A DNA stretch of 64,000 nt. It comes from a phage. A program made the translations under genes and the position numbers. A model generated the notes under the pieces. That model worked only from the letters and a program-made list of their open reading frames with translations, had not been told where the DNA came from and ran no database searches. Positions 37,996 to 48,558 of this stretch are shown one piece after another; within the stretch, counting starts at the first letter, position 1; each line of letters starts with the position of its first letter. The stretch is from the NCBI GenBank assembly GCA_033286805.1, contig GCA_033286805.1_4727.1. One strand, given 5' to 3'.

Positions 37996-38526
37996 TTAAA
38001 AGCCCTTAAAACCCGGTGCCATAGGTTGCCCAAACACCGCATTCAAAGTACATATGATGTCCTGGATGCCATTGTCCCAATGGAGCCAAGTACGCACCAT
38101 CTCTTCGTCTGACAACGTGATATAACTCATAAGTTTACCGCTGCTTTCCAGACGTTGGTGTGAACTTAACGACTGACGATCTGACCAGTTATCAATCAGT
38201 TGACCAGCAATCTGAACGTTCGTGTCTCGTCTACCCGTGTGAATGAATCGTAGCGTATCACGGATAAACTCCAGACTGGTGAAGTTCAGATTTGGGTTAT
38301 GGCTGTTCATTTCCACCCAATCGGTGATGGGGTACATCAAACGATAAAGGGTAGAAAGAACCTGACGTTCATATTTCCAGTCATCGAGAGGAGTACCGTC
38401 GACCAGACGCTGATACAAACTAACAACGTCACGATCGTAGTTCTCCTGGCGTTTTACGCCGTTAACCGGAAAACCAAAGAACCCGGTACCGTATAATGTT
38501 AAAGGGACGTCACGAAGTGCATTCAT
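37996..38526 (-). CDS. hypothetical protein (176 aa)
   Basis: ORF track; ATGA overlap with the upstream gene. Confidence 0.55.
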   Translation of the reverse strand: MNALRDVPLTLYGTGFFGFPVNGVKRQENYDRDVVSLYQRLVDGTPLDDWKYERQVLSTLYRLMYPITDWVEMNSHNPNLNFTSLEFIRDTLRFIHTGRRDTNVQIAGQLIDNWSDRQSLSSHQRLESSGKLMSYITLSDEEMVRTWLHWDNGIQDIICTLNAVFGQPMAPGFKGF

Positions 38527-39425
38527 ACAGCCGCCTCTTCTTTTCGTTTAATATCGTAACGAAGTTTCTTCAGTCGCTCTTCGTGATATTCGATCTGCTG
38601 CTGGATTTTTGGATCGTTGCCCGCATTCTGTTGCTTTTGCTTCAGTGACAAAATCCAATACTCCAACGCTTGGGCTTCTTCTTTGGCTGCTTGTAATGAT
38701 GCTTCTTCACGTTCGCTACGCCAGATGCGATAACGGTAAATAAGCGTGCTGGTCATTTGAGTGTCGGACCATGAGCCCATACGCATCGGGTCAGTATTAC
38801 CCGCGTTGTATAAGCCATTACCAACACCGTCTTCATCAGAAACCACAACATCCGGGATTTTATCCAACCCAGCAAGGATCTGTTGTTTCTGTCCGCACAG
38901 CACCTCGGTGGCAATGGCAAAACCGTACATGTTGGCGGTCAGGTAAGCAATCTCGTTTTTGGTGAAGAACTCACCAAGTGCTTTATCACCACCTGGCATG
39001 CTTTCGCAGATGACCGTTGCACGAAGCAGCGTACGAGCATAGCTAACGTAGAAGCCCAGGGACTCAACAAGACGTACCAGAGCAGCTTCTTTGAAACTTA
39101 GGCCGTCAGCGGCAACATCGATTTCCAGGTTTTTGTTAACACGTTTAACAATTTCTGGAATCAGGTCAACAGCATTACGTAGCGCTAAGTGAACGTTTTC
39201 TACCCAGCTTCCGGAGCGAACGCGGGTTAAACGCTGGTGCAGATCCTTATCAGCAAGTTTCCATAAGGCGCTTTCTCCCTTTTGGAGAAGCGAAGCGGAT
39301 GTCTCGTAGTAAGGAATCGCGGTGTTGTTGATTTCGTCACGGATTGATTCGAGTGCGTCAGCAACACCGGTGCGTTTAAAAAGCGGCTTCAAACCGCGAA
39401 TGAATTCTTTAAAATCGATTGCCAT
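38523..39425 (-). CDS. hypothetical protein (300 aa)
   Basis: ORF track; ATG start. Confidence 0.6.
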   Translation of the reverse strand: MAIDFKEFIRGLKPLFKRTGVADALESIRDEINNTAIPYYETSASLLQKGESALWKLADKDLHQRLTRVRSGSWVENVHLALRNAVDLIPEIVKRVNKNLEIDVAADGLSFKEAALVRLVESLGFYVSYARTLLRATVICESMPGGDKALGEFFTKNEIAYLTANMYGFAIATEVLCGQKQQILAGLDKIPDVVVSDEDGVGNGLYNAGNTDPMRMGSWSDTQMTSTLIYRYRIWRSEREEASLQAAKEEAQALEYWILSLKQKQQNAGNDPKIQQQIEYHEERLKKLRYDIKRKEEAAV

Positions 39426-39464
39426 GAGTGAGCACCTATGCTATTTCGAAACAGGTTGCGTGTA

Positions 39465-40571
39465 TTAACGAATCTGTGGGACGTTTCCGGTACGGAGCGC
39501 CTGGAGGATCGTCAGGAGATCGGAACCCGAAGTTGACGAACTGTTGGATTTTTCCAGTTGCTTGAAGCTTACGGTGGTCCCTTGATCCAAGCTGTGGAAA
39601 TAGAAGGTCACCATCTCTTCAGCTTCGTCGATGATGATCAACTGCATTGCGAGGGCTTCAGCCATGACTTTCTGACGTGTGGTATAGTCAGATAAACGAC
39701 GTCCGATCTTACGCTCGATGGCTTCCTGGTTAGCCTTAGAGATGATATAGGTGGAGGCGATGGCTCCAGAAGAAGGGATCTTTGTGCTCGCTGCAGCTTT
39801 TGCGGCATTGATGCGCGCAGCGTTAACAGCCTTACGGATACCCTCTTTATCCATGCGTGAGATTCGTTTATGTTCACGAACCAGATCGCTAAGCAGGATC
39901 ATATCGCTCCAGAAAGATAGCTCACCTGCCATCATGCGATGCCAACGTGCTCGCCAGGTGTTCTGTGGGCCACCGATCGCTAAAATCGATGCAAGCACTT
40001 CCGCCGGTGAACTTGCGATACGCATGCTGATGTTCAACGGCATTTTCATCGTTGCCTGACCATCGGTCAGCGTCACGGTTAAGAACTTGCCGGTAACCGC
40101 GTTCGCATCTTTGTTCAGCAATTCGATCGCAGCGTCGCTGGCTCCAACATCGGCGATATTTTTTTGTTTCCCCTGCAGGTTGAATCCTTTGTCATCAAGG
40201 AAAACAAGGCTTTTGCTATCCGCACTTTCCAGCGCTAATTTAACAGCCTTATCCATCAGGTTAGCGTTACGATTTGGGTTCACACGACCCAGCGTTTTAT
40301 CGACACTGATGTTACCCACCTGCATGATGGTATTCAACGCCAGTAAATAGAACCCGGTATACATGTTTTCAGCGGTGCGCATGCAGTTGCCTAACGCATT
40401 GCGTGCGTCGCTATAATACAACTCACGTTCAAAGATCAACGGCGCGATAACGCGTGAAGGTTGTGAGAGTTCAACCAGCGAACCTGGCTGGATAAGTTTA
40501 TTAACTTCGTAGACTTTAGCGATACCGGACGCAACAACGTTAACAGCGTCGGCAATTTCTGATGCTACCAT
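39465..40571 (-). CDS. hypothetical protein (368 aa)
   Basis: ORF track; AAGGA RBS; divergent from the plus-strand gene at 40606. Confidence 0.6.
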   Translation of the reverse strand: MVASEIADAVNVVASGIAKVYEVNKLIQPGSLVELSQPSRVIAPLIFERELYYSDARNALGNCMRTAENMYTGFYLLALNTIMQVGNISVDKTLGRVNPNRNANLMDKAVKLALESADSKSLVFLDDKGFNLQGKQKNIADVGASDAAIELLNKDANAVTGKFLTVTLTDGQATMKMPLNISMRIASSPAEVLASILAIGGPQNTWRARWHRMMAGELSFWSDMILLSDLVREHKRISRMDKEGIRKAVNAARINAAKAAASTKIPSSGAIASTYIISKANQEAIERKIGRRLSDYTTRQKVMAEALAMQLIIIDEAEEMVTFYFHSLDQGTTVSFKQLEKSNSSSTSGSDLLTILQALRTGNVPQIR

Positions 40572-40605
40572 ATTGAAATCCTTATTTACAAATAAAGGAA
40601 AGAAA

Positions 40606-41811
40606 ATGTCTAATTACTACGACCAAGCTATTCAAACCATTCAGGAGAATAATGCGTCGTTAACACCCGAAGCTGTGGAGGCAGCGGGTAATGCGGTGTT
40701 ATTCACTGATTCGGATTGGGCAATAGCGCGGAAGAATATTCGTACCAGTGTCGGTCAAGGGACATACGAGGACAGTATCGCCAGACGGTATCGGAATGTC
40801 TCACCTATTCCGGGTAACAGTCCGATTCCGATTAACCGCGATCATGCCGGTATTACCTTCTTCACACGACCTAATTTACATCTTACCGACGCGAACTTAA
40901 AACGAGATCGACGTTTGTGGTCGTTACGCACGGATAACCCTAACAGTATTCAGGCTGTTGTCCGCGACTACTTGGACCCTGTGGGTGCCAGAAAGCGGAA
41001 CCATCGAGGACGTGCCATCGTCGATGAGCGCAATCCATTCATAAGTATACTGACGGACAACCTAACGGATATCAGTGGCTTCAACGACATGGAAATGCAG
41101 GTCTATCAGGGCAAACCGGGATTACGCCAAGAAACCGTTGTGATGGCTGACGGTTCGGTGGATATGTTTCAACCCTATAACCTGAACGCGACGTTCAAGA
41201 ACATCATGGGTAACCCCATCATGTTCCTTCATTATATTTGGTTGATTTACATCGCGGGCGTGCATAATGGCGAACTGACGCCAAGCCCTCAGGCCATCAT
41301 TGATAATGAAATGGATTACTGGACAAGATGTTATCGTATCATCTTGGATCCGACTGGGATGTATGTTCGTTATATCTTCGCACCGACCGCGATGTTTCCT
41401 GTCGGACTACCGATTGGTAATATGGCTAACTACAGCATCGATAAACCCTTCACGCAAGATAACGAACGTATCACTATTCCATATCAGGCGGTTGGTAACA
41501 ACGCATTCGATGAGATTCTGAAGGATGAATTCAATCGACTTGTCCTGATGTTCTATTACGGTGAGAACGATACCCGTACGTTCCTTGAAGATGAGGAGCT
41601 GGTACCTATCTCACCCTACGAGCGTCGAATCATGTCGTATCGTGTCGATATGTATCCATTTATTCATCCGTTGACCTCAGAGCTTCTTTGGTTCGTACCC
41701 GCTGATGATTACAACGAATTCTATCTGGATCTTGAGCCGTCGGCGTTACCACCGGATACGTTCAGTCGCGACCTTGTCCGTACCACCATTCCGCAAAATT
41801 ACGAGGGATAA
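40606..41811 (+). CDS. hypothetical protein (about 401 aa)
   Basis: ORF track start 40573 is TTG; ATG at 40606 has AAAGGAAAG RBS. Confidence 0.6.
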   Translation: MSNYYDQAIQTIQENNASLTPEAVEAAGNAVLFTDSDWAIARKNIRTSVGQGTYEDSIARRYRNVSPIPGNSPIPINRDHAGITFFTRPNLHLTDANLKRDRRLWSLRTDNPNSIQAVVRDYLDPVGARKRNHRGRAIVDERNPFISILTDNLTDISGFNDMEMQVYQGKPGLRQETVVMADGSVDMFQPYNLNATFKNIMGNPIMFLHYIWLIYIAGVHNGELTPSPQAIIDNEMDYWTRCYRIILDPTGMYVRYIFAPTAMFPVGLPIGNMANYSIDKPFTQDNERITIPYQAVGNNAFDEILKDEFNRLVLMFYYGENDTRTFLEDEELVPISPYERRIMSYRVDMYPFIHPLTSELLWFVPADDYNEFYLDLEPSALPPDTFSRDLVRTTIPQNYEG

Positions 41812-41814
41812 TAA

Positions 41815-44808
41815 ATGAGCGTAACCAACAAAGATCTTGCTGAACAGCTCAATCGCTATATGCTTTCACCTATTGAAATGCAGGCTGTTGCAAGCGATAT
41901 GATCCGTTTGGCTTCTGATGGTGAATTAACCCTGGTTGACCCCAGCTGTCCGTTTGTTTATCTGCTGGAGGTTGCAACGGCGACGGCGGCGAACCAGAAC
42001 GCACGGGATGAGTCCCGTGTTCGCGAACTGTATCCAAAACTTGCAACGAACTGGAACCAGCTCTATCGTTGGATGTATGATGAGTCGTACGTCGGACGTT
42101 TCGCAATGCCGGGTAAAACGGAAATCATTTATTCGTTAGGGTATCAGGAAATCCTCGATCGTGCGGTAGAGATTCCCAACACCATCGCCTCCGATGATTT
42201 AAGCCGTTCTTACAGCCGTAAGTTAGTGATACCGCGTACGACGGCGTTTACGGTGGCCGGGATGGATTTCGGGTTGCATTATCCCATCGAAATCCAAGTG
42301 CAAGCGCACGACCAGATACGCGTCGTTTATAACACTGATAACATCAGCCCATTGCAAACCTTGGAGAGTAACCAAGTTGAGTACGGGGTCGTTCGTGTAA
42401 AAGCGGGTAAAGTGTTGGTTATGCGTATCCCGCTGTTCCAGTTTAAAACACTGGTAAAAGATGTGCCGTTTAACAGCGTTCATGGGATGAACAGCAGCAT
42501 TACCTTCGAAGATCAGTTTTACCATTGTCGTGCATACATGTCGTCGGATAACGATACCTGGACGGAGATAGCGACAACACACAGTCAGCAGATTTACGAT
42601 CCGTTAACACCAACCATCGCGTTACAAGTAGAAGGGAACAAACTTAACTGGCGTGTTCCTGAAATTTATTTGTCTCAAGGTACGATGGATAAAAGCACCA
42701 TTCGACTTGAGGTGTTGACGACGAAAGGGAAAATCAGCGTCGACCCGTCTGATTACGACGTGACCGATTGGAAAGATAACTACATCGATCTGTCGCCAAA
42801 AGCCGAACAGAAATACAGTGCGCCGCTAAGTGCATTCAACATTAAAGGGATTTATAGCGAAGGGGCATTGTCGGGTGGACGATCTGCGTTAACGTTCGAG
42901 GAACAACGTGAACGTGTTATGGCGGGTGTGAACAAAACCAAGGTACCAATCACAGGAACGCAGGTCGAGCTGGTGCTTCAAGATGCGGGCTATGGGATGG
43001 TGACCACCATCGACAACGTAACTAATCGTTCGTTCCTGGCAACCCGAGATTTACCGCAATTGAGCGACAGCGTGCCGCAAGCCGGTTCGTTGATGGGGTC
43101 TTTCTATACGTCAGCCGCAGCATTGGTGAAAAGTAAGTTTGTCGCCGATAACGGCGATCGTATTACGATTAAACCTGATTGCTTGTATCGTGACAGTAAC
43201 GGAAGTATCGCGCTGTTGTCAGACGATGAAATTGACCGTATTAATGCAGGCAACTCCGATGCGAAGTTGAATGCGGTAAACAACGCCATGTTGTTCTACA
43301 GTCCGTTTCATTACGTATTAGATGCAACAAGCGATTTCGACATCCATGCTTATTACCTGGATGCCCCTAAGATCGGCACGCAAGCATTCCTCGACGCGAA
43401 CGAGACGATCCCGTTAACCGCTATGGTGACCGGATACCGTCTGGATCGTATCGCTGAAGGATATCGTCTAAGCCTCATTGTAGAAGGTAACGACGCATGG
43501 AAGGCGCTCGACGATAAAAACGTGCATATCCAGCTGGGGTTCAATCCGCGGGGTGAGGGTGATTATGCGACGATGCTAGCATCACCGACAACCGATGAAC
43601 AAGGTCGTCGTTTGTTCACCTTCGATATCACCACGAATTATGATTTTACGCGAATCCTGGCTGATGATTCCACGGCGTATGAACCGTATATCGCATTGAC
43701 GTCGTTCTCGATGTATGAATCAACACCGCGGGATTATTGGGCATCACTGCAGCAGTATTTGGAAATCTTCCATGTGGTGACGGATTACGCACCGGAAGAT
43801 GTCGACGGTATTTTACACAGTGCTTCCGATAATTACCTGGTTAAGAAACTCACGCTTCAAAATGGGTATTGTTTCTACCGTGAACGTCTCACCGCAACCT
43901 TTGGTTACGATCTGGACGGTCTTTGGATGCGCTCACGTACGGTGGCCTCGGAGATTACGTATAAACGTTACACCGAGAACATCCCGTGGGTGTATGACGA
44001 AGATATTCCAGCGACGGATGAGACCGGTTCGGTTATCATCGAACAAGGTGATGATGGTACGTTGTCGGTTAAATACCTGCATCGTAAAGGAGACCCGAAA
44101 TTAAACAGTGATGGAAGCCAAGCCTATCGTTATCTGAAAGGCGACATCATGAAAGATAATTACGGTAATCCGATCCCCGTTGATGAACGTGAGGTTCTGC
44201 GTAACCTGGACATGTTCTTTATCGATGCGTCGTATCTGCTCGCGAACGATACGGACGTGATTGACTATCGTAATGCGATTCCTACGCAGCTTATTGAGTG
44301 GATCCAGAACGATATCAGCACGTTCAGGAATTTCTGTTATGAGGAAACAGAGATTTCATTGTATCCTAAGCAATCGCTGGGGTATGTGGATGTTATTGTG
44401 GAAAACGGATTGGAAACAACGCTTCCTGCTGCCTTATCGTTCAACGTGACGCTTTACTTACCGGCTAAGCAGTACGCAGACTTGGATTTACGTCAAGTCC
44501 TTCAAGCGATGGTATCGAAAGTCATCAATGAATGCTTAACATCACGTACAGTGGCTAAAGCAGAAATGATCGCGATGATTCGTGAGGAGGGCGGTGACGA
44601 CATCCTTAACGTTGAAATCGATGATTTTGGACCAGGTAAGAACCTCAGTGTTTATACCGCGAAGAACGACGGTGTTCGTTGTGCGGTGAAGAAAGAGCTA
44701 TATGTGAAAGCGGATGGTATCTTGTCCGTACGCGAAGCGATTGATGTGAGTTTTGTGAAACACGCACAAAGCAACAGTTCAGCGCTAGCGCAAGGCCTTC
44801 GTGTCTAA
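41815..44808 (+). CDS. hypothetical large protein (997 aa)
   Basis: ORF track; GAGGGA RBS; starts 3 nt after the upstream stop; no diagnostic motif recognised. Confidence 0.65.
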   Translation: MSVTNKDLAEQLNRYMLSPIEMQAVASDMIRLASDGELTLVDPSCPFVYLLEVATATAANQNARDESRVRELYPKLATNWNQLYRWMYDESYVGRFAMPGKTEIIYSLGYQEILDRAVEIPNTIASDDLSRSYSRKLVIPRTTAFTVAGMDFGLHYPIEIQVQAHDQIRVVYNTDNISPLQTLESNQVEYGVVRVKAGKVLVMRIPLFQFKTLVKDVPFNSVHGMNSSITFEDQFYHCRAYMSSDNDTWTEIATTHSQQIYDPLTPTIALQVEGNKLNWRVPEIYLSQGTMDKSTIRLEVLTTKGKISVDPSDYDVTDWKDNYIDLSPKAEQKYSAPLSAFNIKGIYSEGALSGGRSALTFEEQRERVMAGVNKTKVPITGTQVELVLQDAGYGMVTTIDNVTNRSFLATRDLPQLSDSVPQAGSLMGSFYTSAAALVKSKFVADNGDRITIKPDCLYRDSNGSIALLSDDEIDRINAGNSDAKLNAVNNAMLFYSPFHYVLDATSDFDIHAYYLDAPKIGTQAFLDANETIPLTAMVTGYRLDRIAEGYRLSLIVEGNDAWKALDDKNVHIQLGFNPRGEGDYATMLASPTTDEQGRRLFTFDITTNYDFTRILADDSTAYEPYIALTSFSMYESTPRDYWASLQQYLEIFHVVTDYAPEDVDGILHSASDNYLVKKLTLQNGYCFYRERLTATFGYDLDGLWMRSRTVASEITYKRYTENIPWVYDEDIPATDETGSVIIEQGDDGTLSVKYLHRKGDPKLNSDGSQAYRYLKGDIMKDNYGNPIPVDEREVLRNLDMFFIDASYLLANDTDVIDYRNAIPTQLIEWIQNDISTFRNFCYEETEISLYPKQSLGYVDVIVENGLETTLPAALSFNVTLYLPAKQYADLDLRQVLQAMVSKVINECLTSRTVAKAEMIAMIREEGGDDILNVEIDDFGPGKNLSVYTAKNDGVRCAVKKELYVKADGILSVREAIDVSFVKHAQSNSSALAQGLRV

Positions 44809-44830
44809 AACAAAAATAGCATGAGCATAA

Positions 44831-44862
44831 CCCTCCTCCAACCCGTCAGGGAAGGAGGAGGG
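44831..44862. terminator. bidirectional GC-rich hairpin between convergent genes (CCCTCCTCC / AACCCGTCAGGGAA / GGAGGAGGG)
   Basis: perfect 9-bp stem between the plus-strand stop (44808) and minus-strand stop (44872); TATG on both flanks. Confidence 0.6.
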
Positions 44863-44871
44863 AATATGTTG

Positions 44872-47800
44872 TTATCTTACGTTACTGCTATTCTGCTGTT
44901 CGCTGAACCAACCGTACACCTTGAGATCGGTACCATATCTCAGTGCGATATACGCATTCAGCGCAGCACAGAACAAAGACGCGAATGCCCATATCAGCGA
45001 AGGATCAACATCTTCCGTTACCACTGGGAGAGTATTATCCGGTTCCCATGATGGAGAACTGTCCATGAACGTCGTGTACCATTCCCGCCGTTGTTCTTCA
45101 GTGGTAAAGTCGCTATGGGGTTCCAATGCTTCTTTTGCCAGACGTCGATATTCGAACATATGCGTTGCTAAAGCCGATGAGTTACCAGATTCGCCTTCAT
45201 AGTTCGGATCCACCGCATAACAGAGTTCTGTGGAATCTAACAAAGCGACCGCCTGTGTGATGCTGTCGGCAGTGCCTGCACCATAGAGCTCGATAGACCG
45301 CGAGAGCTTCTCACAGAACGCATTTAACGCGGCAGGATTGGACACCTGAAGGTCAAGGCCTAATGTCCACGGATAGTTACTGAATACACCCGTAAACCGC
45401 GGCATAACACCCAACAGATGTTGTCCGATTACAGCACGGTTATAAACAGCCCGGTTATAGACTTGAAACGCAGCCTCCAGGGCTTGGTTATAATGACGAC
45501 GAAGTTCATCACGCGTGTTGCGGAACCTGTTTGCCGCGAGACTTGTGGCTGCAACGCTACAAACATCGTAATTGGTGGACGAGAGCACAACCTCGTTAAG
45601 ATCGAACGATTCCTGTTTCAATGTTCCGCTAACAGCTGCCGCTTCGCTGTTCGCTTTATCGACAACTGTACTCAAAGCGTTGATGTAACGTTTAGCTCGG
45701 ACCTCCAACCATTGTGCGATGCCGAGAATATCCACCGCAGCTTTAGCAAGATCGCGTGCATTCACGATTTCGTTCTTCAACGCCCCTAAACCTTTATTTT
45801 CAGGCGATGAGGCTTGTTGACGAATCATGCTGTTCAACATGGTAAGCAGATTATCCAACTCATGTCCGCTGACCTTGTTACGCGCATCGGTAATCGGCCC
45901 TTGCAGGAATTTACGGCAACCATCGTTGTATCGAATCAGTTTATCCACATCGATAGATTCGTTCGTAGATTCCTTGAACTGATCCTTCAATTCTTCACGG
46001 TAGTCGTGGATTTCACTTGCGAGATTATCGATAGTGATACCGTCATGTCCAAGAAGAACTTTATTGAAGTTACCTTTCTCGAATGCCAGAGCAAGACCTT
46101 CACGAATCTTAGCGAGTTTATCCTGATCGAGTTCACGACCGTTCGATAGCTCTTTCACTTCCGAGCTGATTAATGCCGAAACGTTACCCAGATTGTCGGT
46201 AACTCCTTTGAACGCTCCCGACCAAATCGTTCCTACTTCAGCATATTTCGCAATGGTCTGAATACCGACGGTGTGTAGCGACGCTAAACGTTTCTTCGTG
46301 CCTTCGGTAAGCAGAGCGTCTTTAGCTCGCGTAAGCTGACTGTTATTAGCTTCCGCCTGCTGAATCGCTGCTTTCGCACTTCCATTACGCCAGCTCTTAA
46401 CCAGCCAATCAACCAAACGTTTTAGGATATTGACGGTGTATTCCATTGTCCGCCGTAACGTTTCCCACGCGCTTTCTGCGGTATAGATGCCGTACCCTTC
46501 CATCTTCAACGCTTTCAAGCTTGTTTGACGTGCCAACCATTCTACCGTTGCAGAGCAAACGTTTACTAATGCTTCCAGGTAGTTGTAATAGACGTCTGTT
46601 GCAGTTGTTTCGTTGAACTTTGAATGCAGATAGAACTGATCGTAAAGTTCGTCGTCATCGCCGAAGGCATCATAGTTCCACAGTTCTGTATCACAACCTG
46701 TACCGCAGAAGACGTCAGCTGTCGTAAACTCTTTAAGCGCTTTAGCTGCGTCATTTGTCAGGAATTTACCTGTTTCAACTACATCGTCAACATTAAGCTT
46801 GGGGAGTTCGTCGGTGACTGGCTCTTCCAACATCAGCATATTGAAGAATGTGCTGTACTTGTATCCGAGCCATTTTGGATAACTGCTTTCAGGGATCGTA
46901 GACAGCGGCTTGATTTTCTTGGCTTCAGCCAATGTGTCTTTTGCGACCTGATATTGGTTTTCCCCAGCCTTGACGCGACGTAATGCTTTTTCTTCCAACT
47001 GCTTAAGCTTGGCATGGCGTGCTTGTGCTGGAGCTTCAACAAGTTTTTGTACCGACCGCATTGCAGAAATCGCTTCTTTTAATACGATCATCGGCATACG
47101 AACTTTACCGTCGTCGAAACTAAGAGCGCGAGCGACACGTTTACTTACGACCGGCTTATCATGGATATTTCGTTCCACCCACGATTTGTTTGCGTAAGTT
47201 TGAGCGATCTGCTGTTGGATATTTTCAAGGTATTTCCAGCTGCTGGATGCTTTATTATCCAAAAGCGGATTCGGTCCCTTCTTATCGAAAAGTTTCAGAA
47301 TCGGACCAAAGAAACCTTCCTGTACGAGTTCGATACGCGTGTATCCGTCAGCCGCTTCGATTTCTTCTTGGGTTTTGTCCCAGAGCTGTTCACTACGGAC
47401 AGCAGTAGCTGTTTCAGATACCGACATAACAAGCTCGGCAACAACTTCAGCGCAGGTCAGTACGGTACGCACGCATTGCAGTAGCATACGCTGGTAAACG
47501 ATACGGGCGTTTTGTAAACGTGCGATAACCGCTAAATAACCGATATTGTCAAGACGTTCGTCGGCTTGAGCAGAGTCAACACGTTCTATCAGTTGTTTAA
47601 CCAGCGCGGCTGTTTCCGGATAATCGTTCACGACGTCACGCATAATTCGTGATGCGAAAACCGCGGTACCTAAAACAGTGAGGAGTGTTTTACTATCCCA
47701 TTCTTTTGGTGTCGCTACCGATTCAGTAGGGATGAGATTTCCCGCCTGGTCGAAGTACGGCATAAGGACATTGATATCAGTAGACGGAACAGCAGTAATT

Positions 47801-48477
47801 GCGTTATACTCTTCATCCGCACCATCGTTGCCAGACGGCTGTAATGCAAGTGCTTGTTCAAGGATTTTGCGGTCAGCGGCATAAAGCGCCGACAGAGCTT
47901 GCGTTGCCGCAACCAAATCAACGATCGGCGACCAGAGCTGTGCGAGCTTACCTTCGTATTTCCGTACAGCGATAGCAAGGTCTTCTTTTACGTCTGGATG
48001 ATTGATTAAACCACCCAATGTTTCATGGATGGCAGAAAAACGTTCGGAATGTGCTTGTGTCAACGCGGTAAAATCGTCAACGTACGACGCATTTTCTTCA
48101 AGGCGTGTAAGTTCCTGCTCCAGGAGATCTTTTACTTGCGTAGCAGATGCGTTTCTCAACTGTTCACCGATAATCGCGATGGCTTTATCGACAACGCGAC
48201 AAGCTTCATTGAAGCCGGTTGTTGAAGGTAACTCGGTCCATAATGCCAGCGGCTTACCTTCCATTGCGTCAGGAAGGGAATATGACAACATTGCTAGTTG
48301 TTGACGTGATACCTGTTTGTCACGATGTAATGTTTCTTTCAACGCCAGAAGCTCATCAAGACCCACACTGCTAGGGATCGTGGGATGTGATACAGCGTTG
48401 ATGTTTTCTGCTAATGACTCAAGAACCAATAAACCATTTTCAGCGGAAGATAACCCTGCTTTAAGGTATTTGTTCAT
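44872..48477 (-). CDS. very large hypothetical protein (1201 aa), alanine/leucine-rich and helical; virion internal protein-like
   Basis: ORF track; GGAG RBS; composition similar to the 932-aa and 1128-aa proteins. Confidence 0.65.
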   Translation of the reverse strand: MNKYLKAGLSSAENGLLVLESLAENINAVSHPTIPSSVGLDELLALKETLHRDKQVSRQQLAMLSYSLPDAMEGKPLALWTELPSTTGFNEACRVVDKAIAIIGEQLRNASATQVKDLLEQELTRLEENASYVDDFTALTQAHSERFSAIHETLGGLINHPDVKEDLAIAVRKYEGKLAQLWSPIVDLVAATQALSALYAADRKILEQALALQPSGNDGADEEYNAITAVPSTDINVLMPYFDQAGNLIPTESVATPKEWDSKTLLTVLGTAVFASRIMRDVVNDYPETAALVKQLIERVDSAQADERLDNIGYLAVIARLQNARIVYQRMLLQCVRTVLTCAEVVAELVMSVSETATAVRSEQLWDKTQEEIEAADGYTRIELVQEGFFGPILKLFDKKGPNPLLDNKASSSWKYLENIQQQIAQTYANKSWVERNIHDKPVVSKRVARALSFDDGKVRMPMIVLKEAISAMRSVQKLVEAPAQARHAKLKQLEEKALRRVKAGENQYQVAKDTLAEAKKIKPLSTIPESSYPKWLGYKYSTFFNMLMLEEPVTDELPKLNVDDVVETGKFLTNDAAKALKEFTTADVFCGTGCDTELWNYDAFGDDDELYDQFYLHSKFNETTATDVYYNYLEALVNVCSATVEWLARQTSLKALKMEGYGIYTAESAWETLRRTMEYTVNILKRLVDWLVKSWRNGSAKAAIQQAEANNSQLTRAKDALLTEGTKKRLASLHTVGIQTIAKYAEVGTIWSGAFKGVTDNLGNVSALISSEVKELSNGRELDQDKLAKIREGLALAFEKGNFNKVLLGHDGITIDNLASEIHDYREELKDQFKESTNESIDVDKLIRYNDGCRKFLQGPITDARNKVSGHELDNLLTMLNSMIRQQASSPENKGLGALKNEIVNARDLAKAAVDILGIAQWLEVRAKRYINALSTVVDKANSEAAAVSGTLKQESFDLNEVVLSSTNYDVCSVAATSLAANRFRNTRDELRRHYNQALEAAFQVYNRAVYNRAVIGQHLLGVMPRFTGVFSNYPWTLGLDLQVSNPAALNAFCEKLSRSIELYGAGTADSITQAVALLDSTELCYAVDPNYEGESGNSSALATHMFEYRRLAKEALEPHSDFTTEEQRREWYTTFMDSSPSWEPDNTLPVVTEDVDPSLIWAFASLFCAALNAYIALRYGTDLKVYGWFSEQQNSSNVR

Positions 48478-48492
48478 AAAACACTCCGTTGA

Positions 48493-48523
48493 CCTAGGTG
48501 GAGGCCAATAACCTCCACCTAGG
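48493..48523 (-). terminator. perfect 12-bp stem hairpin (CCTAGGTGGAGG / CCAATAA / CCTCCACCTAGG)
   Basis: between the stop of the 932-aa gene and the RBS of the 1201-aa gene; lacks the TATG box. Confidence 0.5.
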
Positions 48524-48558
48524 GTTGAACAACGCGTACGGTTATACGGTACGCACGA

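Noticed and set aside
41815-44808. 997-aa protein as the missing C-terminal half of the split DNA polymerase
   Set aside because: Only an isolated DTD tripeptide; no motif B or KKRY, wrong spacing, and the protein is far too long.
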